Part shown: positions 7,831 through 14,943 of the stretch, in pieces
Layout: each line of letters opens with the position of its first letter
Numbering within the stretch: position 1 is the stretch's first letter
NCBI GenBank assembly: GCA_964534375.1
Contig: CAZHPN010000127.1
Location: 1 to 18,726 of the forward strand
From: an uncultured bacterium
Lineage (GTDB): Bacteria > Lernaellota > Lernaellaia > Lernaellales > Lernaellaceae
Direction of reading: 5' to 3'
DNA length: 18,726 nucleotides
Program-made: the position numbers and the translations under genes
The notes under the pieces: generated by a model
What the model saw: the letters and a program-made list of their open reading frames with translations, nothing else
Told to the model about the DNA's origin: nothing
Database searches by the model: none

Positions 7831-8001
7831 AGGGGGGGCGCCGACGATCTTGCTTGTTAGGGTGTTGCCGCCCCTGCTTCTTTATGGTCCGCTGACGCAA
7901 CTTTCATTACGCCACGTGGTTTTCGAGCAACTTGTCAAAACCGCTCGTTCCTGGCACCATGATGTTGAAAACCACCGACTCGGAAGAAAAAGGGCGACGC
8001 C

Positions 8002-8364
8002 ATGAAAAGTTGGTCATTGATTGCGGCGATCCTGGGCTGTTGCGGCGCAGCGTTGCTGTTCGCGTGCGCGGGCAACAACGACCTGCACACGATGACTCAC
8101 TATTATGTGAACGAGGGCAAAAGCAGCGAACCCAATCTGGAAAACTGCCCCAAGTGCGACTGCAATTCCGACAACTGCCCGCTGATCGGCTTCACCTCGT
8201 GCCCCGACACGTGGGACAGCGTCCTCGAAAACAATACGTGCAACGGCGATTGGCGCGCCGGCAGCGGCTCCGCGGTTTACATCCAAGCCTGCGCCGCCCT
8301 GAACGGCGCCGTCTGTTCGTGCATCACGCAGGCCCAGCTCGCGACCTTGCTCAACTGCCAATGA
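8002..8364 (+). CDS. Small Cys-rich lipoprotein (120 aa)
   Basis: Signal peptide with lipobox LFA-C, 10 further Cys including CPKCDC and CSC, GC3 bias, purine-rich sequence upstream, and a downstream terminator-like hairpin. Confidence 0.8.
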   Translation: MKSWSLIAAILGCCGAALLFACAGNNDLHTMTHYYVNEGKSSEPNLENCPKCDCNSDNCPLIGFTSCPDTWDSVLENNTCNGDWRAGSGSAVYIQACAALNGAVCSCITQAQLATLLNCQ

Positions 8365-8373
8365 ACGAGCCGT

Positions 8374-8410
8374 GGGGCGCGGGGCCGGCGTGGCCCTGCC
8401 GCCCCTTTTT
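8374..8410 (+). terminator. Probable rho-independent terminator after the lipoprotein gene
   Basis: ggggcgcggggcc-ggcgt-ggccctgccgcccc GC-rich stem (one bulge, one G-T pair) followed by ttttt. Confidence 0.65.
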
Positions 8411-8425
8411 CGCGGAGACAGCGCC

Positions 8426-9208
8426 GTGACGATGCCGGCTTTGCCGCACGGAAAAAACCACCTCTCGCCGTTCGACCTGGTCATCCTGGTGCTCAGCGTG
8501 TATGTCCTGGCCGCGTTGCTGGCGCAGGCGACAATGCTTCTGCCGCCCGAGGTCGCCGGGCTGTTGAACATCGTCGACACGGTCATCTGCGTGGTTTTTC
8601 TGGCCGATTTCTTTGTCCGGTTGTACGCCGCGGACCGCAAATGGGCCTTCCTGAAATGGGGTTGGATCGACCTGGTGTCCAGCATCCCGGTCGTGCCGGC
8701 CCTGCGCGTCGGCCGGCTGTTCCCTGTCGTGCGCATTTTTCGCGCGTTGCGGGCCCTGCGCTCGGCCAAAGCGTTGGCGGGTTTCTTCTTCCGCTTCCGA
8801 TCCAAATCGGTGTTGGCCGCGGCCTTGCTCATGGCCTTTGTGCTGGCGGTCGCCGGTTCGGTCGCGATGCTGTATCTCGAGACCGCGCCGAATTCCAATA
8901 TCAAGAACGAGCAGGATTCGCTCTGGTGGGCCGTCTCGACGGTCACGACCGTCGGCTACGGCGACAAGTTTCCCGTCACGCTGGGCGGGCGCGTTGTCGC
9001 CGTCGTGCTGATGATCACCGGCGTCGCCTTGATCGGCACGTTCACCGCGTGCGTCGCAACCTGGTTCGTCGGCCAGGAAATCGAAGCGATCCACGGCGAG
9101 GAGCGCCTCGAACGGCACGACATCGACGGCATTCACGCCCGCCTCGATCGGATCGAAAGCATGCTCGCGGAGATGAACAAGCCGCGAAACCGCGAAAAGG
9201 AAGGATGA
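8426..9208 (+). CDS. Voltage-gated (6TM, KvAP-like) potassium channel
   Basis: Selectivity filter TVTTVGYGD, pore helix DSLWWAVST, S3 WIDLVSSIP, Arg-rich S4 and a C-terminal coiled-coil-like segment. Start is GTG 8426 (GGAGA at 8414-8418) or ATG 8432. Confidence 0.93.
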   Translation: MTMPALPHGKNHLSPFDLVILVLSVYVLAALLAQATMLLPPEVAGLLNIVDTVICVVFLADFFVRLYAADRKWAFLKWGWIDLVSSIPVVPALRVGRLFPVVRIFRALRALRSAKALAGFFFRFRSKSVLAAALLMAFVLAVAGSVAMLYLETAPNSNIKNEQDSLWWAVSTVTTVGYGDKFPVTLGGRVVAVVLMITGVALIGTFTACVATWFVGQEIEAIHGEERLERHDIDGIHARLDRIESMLAEMNKPRNREKEG

Positions 9209-9213
9209 TGATT

Positions 9214-9477
9214 TGGGAACCGCGAATGCGATTGCCTGCGAAAATGGAACCGCAAATGAATGATCTGGAACCGCGAACGAATAAACTGGAACCGCGAATG
9301 CACGCGAATGCACGCGAATAAGCACGGAACAGTCTGAGATATTAAACTGCGACCACACTCCAATTTCAAAAATTAATCATGAACAGTTCTTATCCGCGTG
9401 CATTCGCGTGCATTCGCGGTTCCAAAACACAACCGCTCGGCCATATTCGGTTCCTTTCCTGTGCCTTCGCGGTTCCA
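9214..9477. mobile_element. Non-autonomous inverted-repeat element (MITE-like) built from 10-bp TGCACGCGAA units, with stacked extra ends
   Basis: 36-bp arms at 9287-9322 and 9389-9424 (35/36 complementary) flank a 66-bp AT-rich core. Extra left ends (T)GGAACCGC(G/A)AA at about 9215, 9245 and 9266. A second degenerate right arm lies at 9445-9477. Mobility is inferred, not shown. Confidence 0.65.
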
Positions 9478-9489
9478 TCGTCGGCCGCG

Positions 9490-9518
9490 TTGAAATCCCG
9501 GGCCAAAGAAGTTAAGTT
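9490..9518 (+). promoter_or_regulatory. Sigma70-type promoter for galU-priA
   Basis: TTGAAA (9490-9495), 17-nt spacer, TAAGTT (9513-9518); RBS AAGGAGG at 9544-9550. Confidence 0.6.
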
Positions 9519-9554
9519 GGCGGTGTTTCGACCGCCAACCTGCAAGGAGGCCAC

Positions 9555-10427
9555 GTGAAAGTCCGCAAGGCCGTCATCCCCGTCGCGGGATTGGGCACCC
9601 GGTTTTTGCCGGCGACGAAGGTCGTGGCGAAGGAATTGTTTCCGATCGTCGACCGGCCGAGCGTGCACTACATCGTCGAGGAGGCGTGGCGCGCCGGCAT
9701 CCGCGAGATCGTCTTCGTCACGGCCAGCGGCAAAGGCGCAATCGAGGATTATTTCGATATCGACGTCGGCCTCGAGCTCTTTCTCGAAAACAAGCACGAT
9801 GAAGAGCGTCTGCGGATGGTGCGCGAAATCGGCCGCGCCGTGCAGGTGCACTCGGTGCGGCAGAAGACCGCCCTCGGCCTCGGCCACGCGGTGCTCTCGG
9901 CGCGCAATTTCATCGGCGACGAGCCGTTCGCGGTGCTGCTCGGCGACGACCTGGTGGACGCCGAGGAGCCGTGCATCGGCCAGATGGCGAAGGTCGCCGA
10001 GGCGCACGACGCGCCGGTGATCGCGGCGTTCCGCGTGCCGCCGGAAAAAATCAGCCGCTACGGCATCATCGACCCCGCGCCGAAACCGGTCGCGCCGCGC
10101 ACTTGGAAAATCCGCACGATGGTGGAAAAACCGAAGAGCAATCCGCCGTCGAACCTGGCGATCATCGGCCGCTACATCCTGACCCCGCAGATTTTCGAAA
10201 TTCTGGCGAAGACGCAGCCCGGGGTCGGCGGCGAAATCCAACTCACCGACGCGCTGATCCGCCTCAACCGCCAGCAAGGCATTCTCGCCTACGAGTTCGA
10301 AGGCGACCGTTACGACGCCGGCGACATCTACGGCTTCCTCGAAGCCAACCTCTGCTTCGCGCTCAAGCGGCCCGAACTGCACGACGGCGTGCACGACCTG
10401 CTGTGCCGACTGGCCGACAAAAAGTAA
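9555..10427 (+). CDS. galU: UTP--glucose-1-phosphate uridylyltransferase
   Basis: KAVIPVAGLGTRFLPATK..KELFPIVDRP, RQ..LGLGHAVL, LLGDD, VEKP, GRYIL, GGEIQLTDA and RYDAG. GTG start with a strong RBS. Confidence 0.97.
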   Translation: MKVRKAVIPVAGLGTRFLPATKVVAKELFPIVDRPSVHYIVEEAWRAGIREIVFVTASGKGAIEDYFDIDVGLELFLENKHDEERLRMVREIGRAVQVHSVRQKTALGLGHAVLSARNFIGDEPFAVLLGDDLVDAEEPCIGQMAKVAEAHDAPVIAAFRVPPEKISRYGIIDPAPKPVAPRTWKIRTMVEKPKSNPPSNLAIIGRYILTPQIFEILAKTQPGVGGEIQLTDALIRLNRQQGILAYEFEGDRYDAGDIYGFLEANLCFALKRPELHDGVHDLLCRLADKK

Positions 10428-10431
10428 CGTC

Positions 10432-12975
10432 ATGACCAAATCGCCCGACGCGCCGGCCCCGATCGCCGATGTCGCGGTCGGCCTGCCGGTCGCCGGAACG
10501 TTCCACTATCGGATTCCCCCGCGGCTGGCGGGCCGCGCGCGGATCGGCGTGCGCGTGCAGGCGCCGTTCGGGCGCCGGGCGGCGCTGACCGGCTTCATCG
10601 TCGATTTGCTCGCCGAATCGCCGCGCGCCGAATTGCGCGACCTCGAAGACATCCCCGATCCGGAACCGGTTTTCGCTCCGGAGCAGTTGCCCTTTTACCG
10701 CTTCATCGCCGAATACTATTTCGCGCCGCTGGGCGAGGTGCTGCGCACCGCCCTGCCCTCCGGCCTGTTCAAAGGCACACGCCAGGTGTGGGCGCTGACC
10801 GACGCCGGCGCGAGCGCCCTCGCCGGGCCGCTGCTCGACGACCGCGACCGGCGCCTGCTCGGCGCGCTGGCGGGCGGCGAAGAGTTGACGCCCGCGTCGC
10901 TCGAAGCGCGGGTCGGCGGCGAGGTCAACCGCGATGCGCAGCGGCTAGTGCGCTGGGGCTTTCTCGAAACCCGCGCGCGCCTCGCCCCGCTGACGGCGAA
11001 ACGCAAGCTGGAAACGGTCTGGCGGCTGCGGCCCGGCGTCAAAATCGAAGACGCGCGCGAGTTGCTGACGCGCCACGCCCCGAAGCGCGAGGCCGTGCTC
11101 GAATATCTCGCGGGCCGCGCCTGCTGGTCGAACCTCGCGCAGATCAAGGCCGCGGTCGCCGATCCGCGGCCGGCGCTCAATCTGCTGGCGAACGCGGGCC
11201 TCGTCGAGGCCGCCGACCAGGAGGTCTACCGCAACGTCGACTGCTCGCTGCCGGAGTTGGCGCTGGCCGAGGTCGAGTTGACCGACGAACAGCGGCGCGC
11301 GGTCGACGCCGTCGCCGCGGACGTCGCCGCGGGCCGCAATCAGGCGCATCTGCTCTATGGCGTCGCCGGGTCGGGCAAGACCGAGGTCTATCTGCGGCTG
11401 GCGCAGGATTGCCTGGCGCGCGGCCGGACGGCGATCGTGCTCGTGCCCGAGATTTCGCTGACGCCGCAATTTCTCGGCCGGTTCATCGCGCGGCTCGGGC
11501 CGGTGATCGCGCCGTACCACTCCGGCCTCTCCGACGGCGAGCGCTACGACCAGTGGCGGCGCCTGCGGCGCGGCGAGGCGCGCGTCGTCGTCGGGGCCCG
11601 CAGCGCGCTGTTCGCCCCGCTGGCCGAGCTGGGCCTGATCGTCGTCGACGAAGAGCACGAGCATAGCTTCAAGCAGGAAGACGGCGTCATGTACCATGCG
11701 CGCGACATGGCGCTGAAGCTCGGCGCGCTGCGCCGCTGCCCCGTGCTGCTGGGCTCGGCGACGCCCGCGCTCGAAAGCTTCGCTGCGGCGCGCGCCGGCC
11801 GCATGCGTTTGCACCAACTGACGCACCGGCCGGGAGCGAGCGAGATGCCGCGGGTCGAGATCGTCGACATGCGCGACGAGATGGCCCGCCGCGCCCGCGC
11901 GCCCAAAGCGCCGCCGGCGCCGCCCGAGAAAAACAAACCGCGCGCGACGCTCAAGCAGACCAGCGAACGGCGCGTCGTTTCGCAGCCGCTGGCCGACGCC
12001 CTGCGCGCGACCCTCGCCGCGGGCGAACAGGCGATCCTCTTTCTCAACCGGCGCGGTTGGTCCACCTACGCCTTCTGCCTCGAATGCGGCACGCCGCTGA
12101 CCTGCAAGCTGTGCGATATCGCCCTCACCTACCACGCCGAGGGCGCGGAACTGCGCTGTCACTATTGCAACTACGCCGCGCCGCCGCCGGCCACCTGCCC
12201 CAATTGCGCCGGCGTGCAACTGTTCTTCGGCGGCATGGGCGTCGAGCGGCTCGAAGACGAGGTCGCCAAGCTGCTCCCCGAGGCCCGGCTCGCCCGGCTC
12301 GATCGCGACGCCGTGCGCGGCAAGCACGATCTGGCGCGCATCCTGACCGCCTTCGCGCGCGGCGAAACCGACGTGCTCGTCGGCACGCAGATGGTCGCGA
12401 AGGGCCACGATTTCCCGCGCGTGACGCTGGTCGGCGTCGTCGATGCCGACGCGGCGCTGGTCATGCCCGATTTTCGCGCCGCCGAGCGCGCCTTCTCCTT
12501 GCTCAGCCAGGTCGCCGGCCGCGCCGGCCGCGCCGACCGCCCCGGGCGCGTGCTCTTGCAAACGTTCCAGCCCGAGCATTACGCGATCGACGCCGCCGCG
12601 CGCCACGATTACGTCGGCTTTTTCGACCAGGAGGCGCCGCGCCGCGCGAAGCTCTTCTATCCGCCCACGGCGCGTCTCGCCGCGCTGCGGATCTCCGCAG
12701 CGAATGCGAGCGCCGGCGTCGAGGCCTGTCGCGCGGCGGCCCGCGCCGCGCACGCCGCCACCGACCCGGCCGACGTTCCCGGCGCCGCGACGCTCGGCCC
12801 GGCGCCGTCGTTGCTGCACCGCGTCCACGGAAAATATCACTGGCATCTATTGCTGAAAGCGGAAAAACCCGCCGGCCTGCACCGCCTCTGCGGCCGGCTC
12901 TGGTCGCGCCTCGAACGCGAAAAGCTGCCGGCGGGAACGTTTCGGCTGGATGTCGATCCGGCGTCGGTGATTTGA
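10432..12975 (+). CDS. priA: Primosomal protein N' (replication restart helicase)
   Basis: Walker A GVAGSGKTEVY, LVPEISLTPQ, DEEHE, four CxxC pairs (CLEC, CKLC, CHYC, CPNC), GTQMVAKGHDFP, PDFRAAER, QVAGRAGR and terminal DVDP. Confidence 0.97.
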   Translation: MTKSPDAPAPIADVAVGLPVAGTFHYRIPPRLAGRARIGVRVQAPFGRRAALTGFIVDLLAESPRAELRDLEDIPDPEPVFAPEQLPFYRFIAEYYFAPLGEVLRTALPSGLFKGTRQVWALTDAGASALAGPLLDDRDRRLLGALAGGEELTPASLEARVGGEVNRDAQRLVRWGFLETRARLAPLTAKRKLETVWRLRPGVKIEDARELLTRHAPKREAVLEYLAGRACWSNLAQIKAAVADPRPALNLLANAGLVEAADQEVYRNVDCSLPELALAEVELTDEQRRAVDAVAADVAAGRNQAHLLYGVAGSGKTEVYLRLAQDCLARGRTAIVLVPEISLTPQFLGRFIARLGPVIAPYHSGLSDGERYDQWRRLRRGEARVVVGARSALFAPLAELGLIVVDEEHEHSFKQEDGVMYHARDMALKLGALRRCPVLLGSATPALESFAAARAGRMRLHQLTHRPGASEMPRVEIVDMRDEMARRARAPKAPPAPPEKNKPRATLKQTSERRVVSQPLADALRATLAAGEQAILFLNRRGWSTYAFCLECGTPLTCKLCDIALTYHAEGAELRCHYCNYAAPPPATCPNCAGVQLFFGGMGVERLEDEVAKLLPEARLARLDRDAVRGKHDLARILTAFARGETDVLVGTQMVAKGHDFPRVTLVGVVDADAALVMPDFRAAERAFSLLSQVAGRAGRADRPGRVLLQTFQPEHYAIDAAARHDYVGFFDQEAPRRAKLFYPPTARLAALRISAANASAGVEACRAAARAAHAATDPADVPGAATLGPAPSLLHRVHGKYHWHLLLKAEKPAGLHRLCGRLWSRLEREKLPAGTFRLDVDPASVI

Positions 12976-12985
12976 GCGCCCGGCT

Positions 12986-13060
12986 CCCTCTCCCTTTGGG
13001 AGAGGGCGGGGGTGAGGGCCCTCACCCGGCCTGCGGCCGGCCTCTCCCGGAGGGAGAGGC
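12986..13060. repeat. Four-hairpin palindromic repeat (CCCTCTCCC/GGGAGAGGG family) between convergent genes; possible terminator role
   Basis: ccctctccc-ttt-gggagaggg (12986-13006); perfect palindrome gggtgagggccctcaccc (13010-13027); ccggcc-tgc-ggccgg (13026-13040); gcctctccc-gga-gggagaggc (13040-13060). Confidence 0.8.
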
Positions 13061-13066
13061 GCAGTA

Positions 13067-14767
13067 TCATCTTTTCTCGGCCGTGTCGACCATCTTCACG
13101 CACCACTCGCGGCATTTCCCGTAGTCGACGCATTCGCCGGGCGCGGCGATCGTCGGCGGCGGCGGCGCGCCGGCCTCCGGCGCCGAATTGCGATAAAGCG
13201 CCACAAACCCGTCCGCCGCGGGCTGGCGAAGGACGCGTTGATAACGGCCCGGCGTCTCCAGCCCGAACGCCGCGACCGCTTCGGCCAGCCGCGCTTCGTC
13301 GGCGTAGTGCAGCAGCACCAGGTGCGGCCAGCGCTGCGCCGCGGCCGCCGCCGCGGCCAGCCGGTCGCCGGCGAGGTCCGTGCGAATTTCCTGCGTCCGG
13401 CTCTCGTCGAACACGATGCACCATTTCACCGCCTGAAACGCGATCGCCTCGCCGCACGGGCGGTCGGTCAGCAGCAGCACGCGAATCTGCCCGGGCCGCA
13501 GTTCGTCGATGGCGCGGCAGAATTCGCGATCGCCCCAACCCACGCGGTTGAGGCGGAACAAGCCGACGTGCGTGTCGCCCGGAAAATGCTGATATCCGGG
13601 AAAACCCATGACGCGTTCGAGCAGCGGCGGCCGCGCCGTCCACGGCCGCGTCGTGAAACTCATGAAACCGAATTGAAACAATCCCCAGCCGACGGCCAGC
13701 CACGCCGCCGAGCGCCGCCGCGCAATCGACCGCGGCGCCGCCGGCGCCGCGTCGGCGAGCAACCCGAACGCGGCCAGCAGCGCGAGAAACGGGACCCAGC
13801 CGATCGCGTACCGCGCGAACGCGACGCGCGCCGAGGCCAAATAAAAGAACGGCACGGCCGCCGCGGCGAACCCGGCGGCGAGCCGCGGCCCAAAGCGCGC
13901 CCGCAACTCCTTGACCGCCAGCAGCCGCGCGAGCCCGAGCGCCGCCAGCGCCGCGAATACCCAGCCCATCTGCTCGGCGCCGATCAACCGCAAGTAGCTG
14001 CCGGACAAGCCTCCGAAATCGCGCCACGATCGCGGCAGATTTTCGCCGAACTCGAAATATTGCCGGTAACTGTGTCGGAAATTGACCAGATACCAAGGCG
14101 CGGCCAGGACCGCCGCCGCCAAGCCGGCCACGCCGGCGCCCAGCAGCGCCCGACCGCGATCATTTTTGGCGCGGCAGGATGCGGCGAAGGCCAACAGCGC
14201 CGGCCCGACGAGAAACAGCGCAAACGTCGGCCGCATCAGCAGGCCGAGGCCGCAGGCGACGCCGAACGCCGCCGCCCGCCGCAGCCGGCGAAAGTCGGCG
14301 GGCAGCAACGCGAAAGCGGTCCAGACCATCGCCGCCAGCGGCAGGTCGCCCATGTATTTTTTCGACATGCCGAAGACGACGGGCGAGACGCCGGTGACGA
14401 AGGCGGCCAGCAGCGCGGTCGCCGGCGGTCCCTCCGGCGCCAGGCGCCGCGCCGCCGCATACACCGCAACGAGCAGGATCGCGAAAAAGATCTGCTCGGC
14501 GACGATGACGACGTCCTGCCGCTCCAGGCGAAAAAAAATCTGCTGCATCGCGGCGCCGACCGCGAGCCAGATGTCGGGCTTCTGATCGGTGCGATCGAGG
14601 TGGCAGTGCAGGAAATTCTGGCGGCCGGCCCAGGCCTCGAAGTAGCAGTGGCTGAGAATCAGGTAGCGGCCGGAATCCTGAACGTACGGCGTCTTATCGA
14701 CAAACACGCACACAAGATTCACGGCGACGAGAATCGCGATCAGTCCGACAAGGGCAATTCGAGTCAT
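13067..14767 (-). CDS. GT-C fold membrane glycosyltransferase (ArnT/PMT_2, GT39/GT83-like)
   Basis: Multi-TM protein of 566 aa. Acidic motif QDSGRY in the first outside loop, SKKYMGDLPLAA, GLGLLMRPT, APWY and ARYAIGWVP, with a soluble C-terminal domain. Confidence 0.8.
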   Translation of the reverse strand: MTRIALVGLIAILVAVNLVCVFVDKTPYVQDSGRYLILSHCYFEAWAGRQNFLHCHLDRTDQKPDIWLAVGAAMQQIFFRLERQDVVIVAEQIFFAILLVAVYAAARRLAPEGPPATALLAAFVTGVSPVVFGMSKKYMGDLPLAAMVWTAFALLPADFRRLRRAAAFGVACGLGLLMRPTFALFLVGPALLAFAASCRAKNDRGRALLGAGVAGLAAAVLAAPWYLVNFRHSYRQYFEFGENLPRSWRDFGGLSGSYLRLIGAEQMGWVFAALAALGLARLLAVKELRARFGPRLAAGFAAAAVPFFYLASARVAFARYAIGWVPFLALLAAFGLLADAAPAAPRSIARRRSAAWLAVGWGLFQFGFMSFTTRPWTARPPLLERVMGFPGYQHFPGDTHVGLFRLNRVGWGDREFCRAIDELRPGQIRVLLLTDRPCGEAIAFQAVKWCIVFDESRTQEIRTDLAGDRLAAAAAAAQRWPHLVLLHYADEARLAEAVAAFGLETPGRYQRVLRQPAADGFVALYRNSAPEAGAPPPPTIAAPGECVDYGKCREWCVKMVDTAEKR

Positions 14768-14780
14768 GAGGACGGCCGAG

Positions 14781-14815
14781 CCGTGAACAAGGAACCGTGA
14801 ACAGTGAACAGTGAG
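14781..14815. repeat. Heptamer tandem repeat (5 units, consensus CMGTGAA)
   Basis: ccgtgaa caaggaa ccgtgaa cagtgaa cagtgag, immediately upstream of the GT-C start codon. Confidence 0.75.
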
Positions 14816-14881
14816 CGGCGGGAGATGTGCAAACGATCGCCGACGTCGCTATCTCGCACAACATAAGAGTTACGAGAAATT

Positions 14882-14924
14882 GATCCCGTTGATCCTTTTG
14901 ATCCCGTCGATCCTGTCAAAAAAA
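14882..14924. repeat. Nonamer tandem repeat (4 units beginning GATCC) ending in an A-tract
   Basis: gatcccgtt gatcctttt gatcccgtc gatcctgtc aaaaaaa; exact 9-bp period. Confidence 0.75.
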
Positions 14925-14943
14925 CACCGCTCCGGCCGGTAAA

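Noticed and set aside
7598..7900. 100-aa minus-strand ORF
   Set aside because: No clear RBS, no recognisable features, low-complexity product; the region is better explained by a decayed CTERM remnant in other frames.
7951..7967. Sigma54 promoter (TGGCAC) upstream of the lipoprotein
   Set aside because: The required -12 TTGC is absent (tggcac-catga-tgtt).
6683..8364. RiPP/bacteriocin precursor cluster
   Set aside because: The proteins have Sec or lipoprotein signals and membrane anchors, and no modification enzymes or peptidase-ABC transporter are nearby.
9214..9322. Mini CRISPR array
   Set aside because: Repeats of about 12 bp and spacers of 9-18 bp are too short, no cas genes are present, and the unit is the end of an inverted-repeat element.
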